Positions 51,901 to 64,000 of a stretch of DNA of 64,000 nt are shown here, in pieces. The stretch is taken from assembly GCA_033442325.1 (NCBI GenBank), contig JAWQFM010000010.1, positions 1,065,727-1,129,726 on the forward strand. Direction: 5' to 3'. This stretch comes from Salpingoeca rosetta. Taxonomy: Eukaryota > Protista > Choanoflagellata. The translations under genes were made by a program, and so were the position numbers. The first letter of the stretch is position 1, and the number at the start of each line of letters is the position of its first letter. The notes beneath the pieces are model-generated. The model saw only the letters and a list, made by a program, of their open reading frames with translations. It was not told where the DNA came from and ran no database searches.

Positions 51901-54278
51901 GAGCGACTGCTTGGCCGCGCGCTCTGCGTTGAGCTCCTGCCGGACTGTATCGCCCCCAGCAGCATGCTCCTCTGCTTGCTTCTTCGCTGTCTCCGCCTCC
52001 TTCTCAGCAGCAGAGAGCGCCTGGCTGAGGCGATCGCGCTCAGCGCGGTGCTCGCTCAACACCCGCTGCTGTTCGTCCTGCTGCTCATGCAGGTGTGCCT
52101 CCAGCACGCTCTTCTCTTTCTCGTGTTTGGCGTTTTGCTCTTCCAAGAGGGCGTCTGTGCTTGCCTGCATCTCCGCACGCGCGGCTGCGACCGCCTCCTC
52201 CATTTGCTTCCGCAGCTGTGCCAGCTCCTCCTCCAGATCACCCACCTCCTTCTCGTGCTCTTGCTCCAGCTCCTGCGTGTACGCGTCTGCGCTCGCTGTG
52301 GCCTCCTTCAGCTTCGCCTCGTACACGTCGCGCACTTTCTGCACCTCGTCCTGATGGGCATCTGCCGCTTGCTGTTGTGTGTGTGTGTTGTTTGTTGTGG
52401 TTGTGCAAGATTGGGGTGGGTGAGAAAATGGCGCGGTTTGCGCGCACACACAAACAGACAAGCGATCAAATATGCTTTATCCACACACATGTACGCATAC
52501 GCACATACGCACGCACGCACAGACACACGCGCACAAACACAGAGACAGAGACAGACACACGCGCACAAACAGTCACGCAGTTTCTTTTTGCACCTGAGCG
52601 AGGGCAAGCTGCTCGCGAAGACTGTCCATCTCCTTCTCCAGCTCCTTCATGCGTTTGGTGGCGGCCGTGCCAGCCTGCGCCACCCGCGAGTTGAGTTCGC
52701 GTTCGTGGCGCTCAGAGAGATGCTTCACCTCCAGCCGCAGCCGTTCCATCTCGCCCTTGAAGTAATCTGATGCCTGCACTGCATCCGACATGTCTGACAC
52801 CTTCTTCTTCAGGTCGTTGTTCATGTCTCGCAGCGTGTGCAGTTCGCGTTGGAGCGAGGCCTGATCGCCCTGGCTAGCTGCCGCCTCCTGCAGCTCAGCC
52901 TCAAGTTCGCTCGTTCGCGCCTTCTCTTCGTCGTACATCTTCTGCAGTTTCGTTCGCTCGTCCACCAGGGCCTTGACCTCTGTCGTGGTGCGTGCCAATG
53001 CCTCCTCCAGCTCAGCCAGGCGCTTGCGCAGTGCATTCAGGTCGTTGGCATCCTCGCTCAGCTCCTCAATCGAGTTGTGCTTGGACAACCGGCGCATGGG
53101 CGTGGGGGCATCGGATACAGACCCCTGTCTGCTGTGTCGCCGCGCAAGCGCCGCCGCAATGCTCAGTTCACGCTCCTTGTCCTCCACCACGTCCATCACC
53201 TGGCTGTTTCTGCGACGAACACGCGATGTCGGGGTTGGGTCGTACACGTACAACACGTGCTCCAGCGTATCCCACGTGTTTGGCAGGCGAACCATGACGT
53301 GGCGGCGCAGCTTGGCCACCTTGAAGGGGCCAATGTGCCCAAACCTGTACTCGCCAGGCCCAACGCGCTGCGGTACCAGGTACTCCTTCTTCGTCTTCTT
53401 CAGGATCATGGCGATGTCGTGCTCAAGCCCAAGCTCTTCCTCTGCCAGGTTGTGTGTGTGTGAGTGTGTGTGTGAGTGTGTGTGAGTGAGCGTGTGCATG
53501 TTGTGAGTGAGCGTGTGTGTGTGTGCATGTGTGTGTGTGCATGTGTGTGTGCATATGTGTATGTGAGTACGTTCGTATGCGAGCAACTGGACTAGGCATG
53601 TTCCGTACCGTCGGTGAGCTTGAAGTTGCTTCCCATCCTGTCAATGTTCCGTTCAATCTCAACAAGCTGAATTGTGTGCATGTCCGTGCACGAGGACATG
53701 AGGAAATGGGCATGCTGTACATATCTGTGTACGTATGTGTGCATCATGTGTGTACATGTGCATGTGTGTGCATGCGCGCGCGTGTGTGTGCTTTTCTGCG
53801 TTTGCGTGTGTGTGTGTGCATTTGTGCGCTGCTCACCATGGGCGGGGCGACGGCTTTCTGAATTCGCGCCAACTCCATCAGACTGTGGTGTTTGTGTTGG
53901 TTTGTGGAGAGAGGAAGGGGCATGAATGAGGCATGTTCGTTGCGACATGTAAGATGTGTCTGGTATCGCGATACTGAACACCACCACTGTCACTCCTCAC
54001 AACACACACACGCACACACACACCTGTAGAGGACGTTTTTGTCGTTCTTGTGGTCGACGAGATCGGATGCTTCAAAGAGGACAGAGTCCGCAACGCCAAC
54101 ACCCTTGAGCCATTCAATGAACCGGCACACGTTGTCGCGTGCTTGAAACGACCCTGGTGGTGGTGATGATGATGATGGTGGTGGTGATTGTGACAGGTGT
54201 TGGCTACAGTGGATGCGAGTCGAAGGCAAAGGAAGAGAGAAGAGAAAGGGCTGCACGAGGAGCAGAGATACAGTCATA

Positions 54279-54339
<61 letters not shown>

Positions 54340-55844
54340 CAGGCAGACACACACGCACAGAGGCAGGCAGGCAGACACGCACACATACACACAGAGGCAG
54401 GCAGACACGCACACACACACAGCACACACACATACACACACACACACACTGGCGTACCAGACGCAGCGCGGCGCATGTATGTTGTTGGCGCTGGTGTGTA
54501 GGATGGCTTCCCCATGTTATCGCGAACAACGCTGCTGTTGACGATGGAGGAGCCTTCTTTTTCTCCCTTTTCAATCAGCCCCGCCAACTGACACAGCACC
54601 GTGCCGTTGTCTGCACAGCACGGACACAGGTGCAATGTGAGCGCGCTAGTGTGGCTTTGCATTGTTTTAAGCGTTGGAAGTGGGAGGGTGTGTGTTTGTG
54701 TGTGCGTGCACTTGTGTGTGCGTGCACTTGTGTGTGCGTGCACTTGCGTGTGTGTGTGTGTGTGCGTGTAATCACGCAGGCGACATGCAAGTCTCGAGCA
54801 ACAGGCAGTGCTCTGCGCTTGTGTGCATACCAAGGTCCGTCATGATTGTGTCAGAGGTAATGTTCATGTGGAACAGCCCTGAAGAATACCATTGTCACAG
54901 GCAGACAGCTTATGGAATGAGAAGGGGCTTGTGGAAGCGCGCGCGCACACACTCATGTGCAAGTGCGATTGTGCATAGGGTTCGTTTCCAACACAAACAC
55001 ACGCACACACGCGCGCGCGTGCACACACAAACACAGACGGACATTGCAGCGCACCTGCGAGCCACTCGGCAAGGTCTTCACGGTATGCTGCAAGGCGTTC
55101 CTGCTGCAGCGTGTCGCGCTGCTGCTCCGGCAGGTAGCTGCTGGCAAGACACGGCACAGGTTGGTGAATGACACACAAGCAGGGGGAAGGAAATACAGCC
55201 GTGCAGTTGTCGCAAGAGGCGCAAGCATGTCACCAAAGATACAACAACGTACGTGTCCGCCATAGAAAGACGCTTGGGGCCTGTACAACGGTGTATATGT
55301 GCATGCGTGTGTGTGAGAGAGAGAGTGTGTGTGCGTGTGTGCGTGTGTGTATGTGTGTGTGTGTGTCAGTGTGTCAGGGTGCAGAACAGTGTGTGTGTGT
55401 GTGTGCTCGACGTGGGAATGTGTGTGTGTGTGTGCGTAGCACACAGCATGTACACAAGAATTGCTCGTTTACACGCAAGGGCAAGCGCGCTGCGAACTCA
55501 CGCAGTCGAACGCTGCTGCCATCGTCAGCGGAGAACGCAGCTCCGTCACCGTCGTTGTCTGTTATGCATGCGCGAGTGGCACATCAAGAAGATGTGAGTC
55601 CACAGACAGACAGACAGGCAGTCAGACACACAGACAGGCAGTCAGACACACACACACACAATCACAACACCGAAACCAACAAGCACCAAACAGGGCATGA
55701 ACAACGAACAAGTACCAAGGTGTCACGCATGCATCACATCACGTTGCACACGAGTGTCACATGAGACAACAACAGCAACCAACCACAGCAACCAACCACA
55801 CCAACCAACAACCACACCATTCCAAGCCAGCACCTACCGGTCAT
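48169..55844 (-). CDS. Double-headed GAS2-like protein: CH-GAR, ~1000-aa coiled coil, second CH-GAR
   Basis: CH1 [54 protein letters not shown]; GAR1 [30 protein letters not shown]; E/A/K/Q heptad exons (~53100-49850); CH2 [35 protein letters not shown]; GAR2 [34 protein letters not shown]. The first (7-nt) and last exons are less certain; an unspliced end at 48438 is also possible. Confidence 0.85.
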
Positions 55845-56219
55845 GGTGACTGTGAATCCTTCCTTTGGCCAAGTCTCTCACTGTTCACGCGTGTGCACTT
55901 CCTTCCCCCTCTTGTTAACGACAGCCTAGGTCCACAGCACGGGCAAAGCCGTGCACGTCCGGGCAGGTGAGCACAACAAACACACAAGTGCACAGGCAAA
56001 CACACAGGCAACACGAGACAAGCAAGCAAGCAAGCAAGGTTGGTGTTGTGTGTTGTGTTGTGCCCACCAACAACAATGCTGCCTCTTCTTCGTCTTTCGC
56101 GGCCCGCGCTTCTTTGAATTTTTTTTGGTTTCGCCCATTTATTGTTGTCAGACGTGTTTTGCACAAGCAAGCACGATTCCAAAGAGGAAGAGGAAGGTTT
56201 CGCGCCAAACAAACACACG

Positions 56220-56274
<55 letters not shown>

Positions 56275-56344
56275 CACACACACACACACACACACACATA
56301 CACACACACACACGCGCGCGCGCGCAGATGCAGATGCAGATGCC

Positions 56345-64000
<7,656 letters not shown>

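Noticed and set aside
50854-52770. Long plus-strand ORFs (638 aa and 457 aa)
   Set aside because: They are antisense shadows of the GC-rich coiled-coil exon and contain no recognisable motifs.

Overview
This is a gene-dense, intron-rich eukaryotic window (GC-rich exons, GT-AG introns packed with (CA)n/(TG)n microsatellites, homopolymeric Q/N/D/S tracts). The style suggests a choanoflagellate such as Salpingoeca rosetta; that is an inference from composition and gene content, not a database match. Most ORFs in the supplied track are microsatellite artefacts. Manual splicing gives 13 protein-coding genes: a PTB-domain/phosphotyrosine-motif adaptor (-, runs off the left edge), a small secreted single-PKD-domain protein (-), PSMA1 (+), ZNF207/BuGZ (+), RPL35A (-), a full-length STAT5/6-like STAT (+), a BAZ/ACF1-like chromatin protein with an unusual FYR-DDT-WHIM1-bromo-WHIM2/3-PWWP layout (-), TMEM184 (-), GGA (+), COX6B (+), the PP2A catalytic subunit (+), a double-headed GAS2-like protein (CH-GAR-long coiled coil-CH-GAR) (-), and a Rad5-like helicase/E3 with an N-terminal NZF finger (+, runs off the right edge). 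The most interesting observations are the bipolar CH-GAR cross-linker, two GAS-type palindromes just upstream of STAT (possible autoregulation), the reshuffled BAZ-like reader, and a frequent 5'-(TG)n / 3'-(CA)n polarity in introns that may reflect structure-guided splicing.
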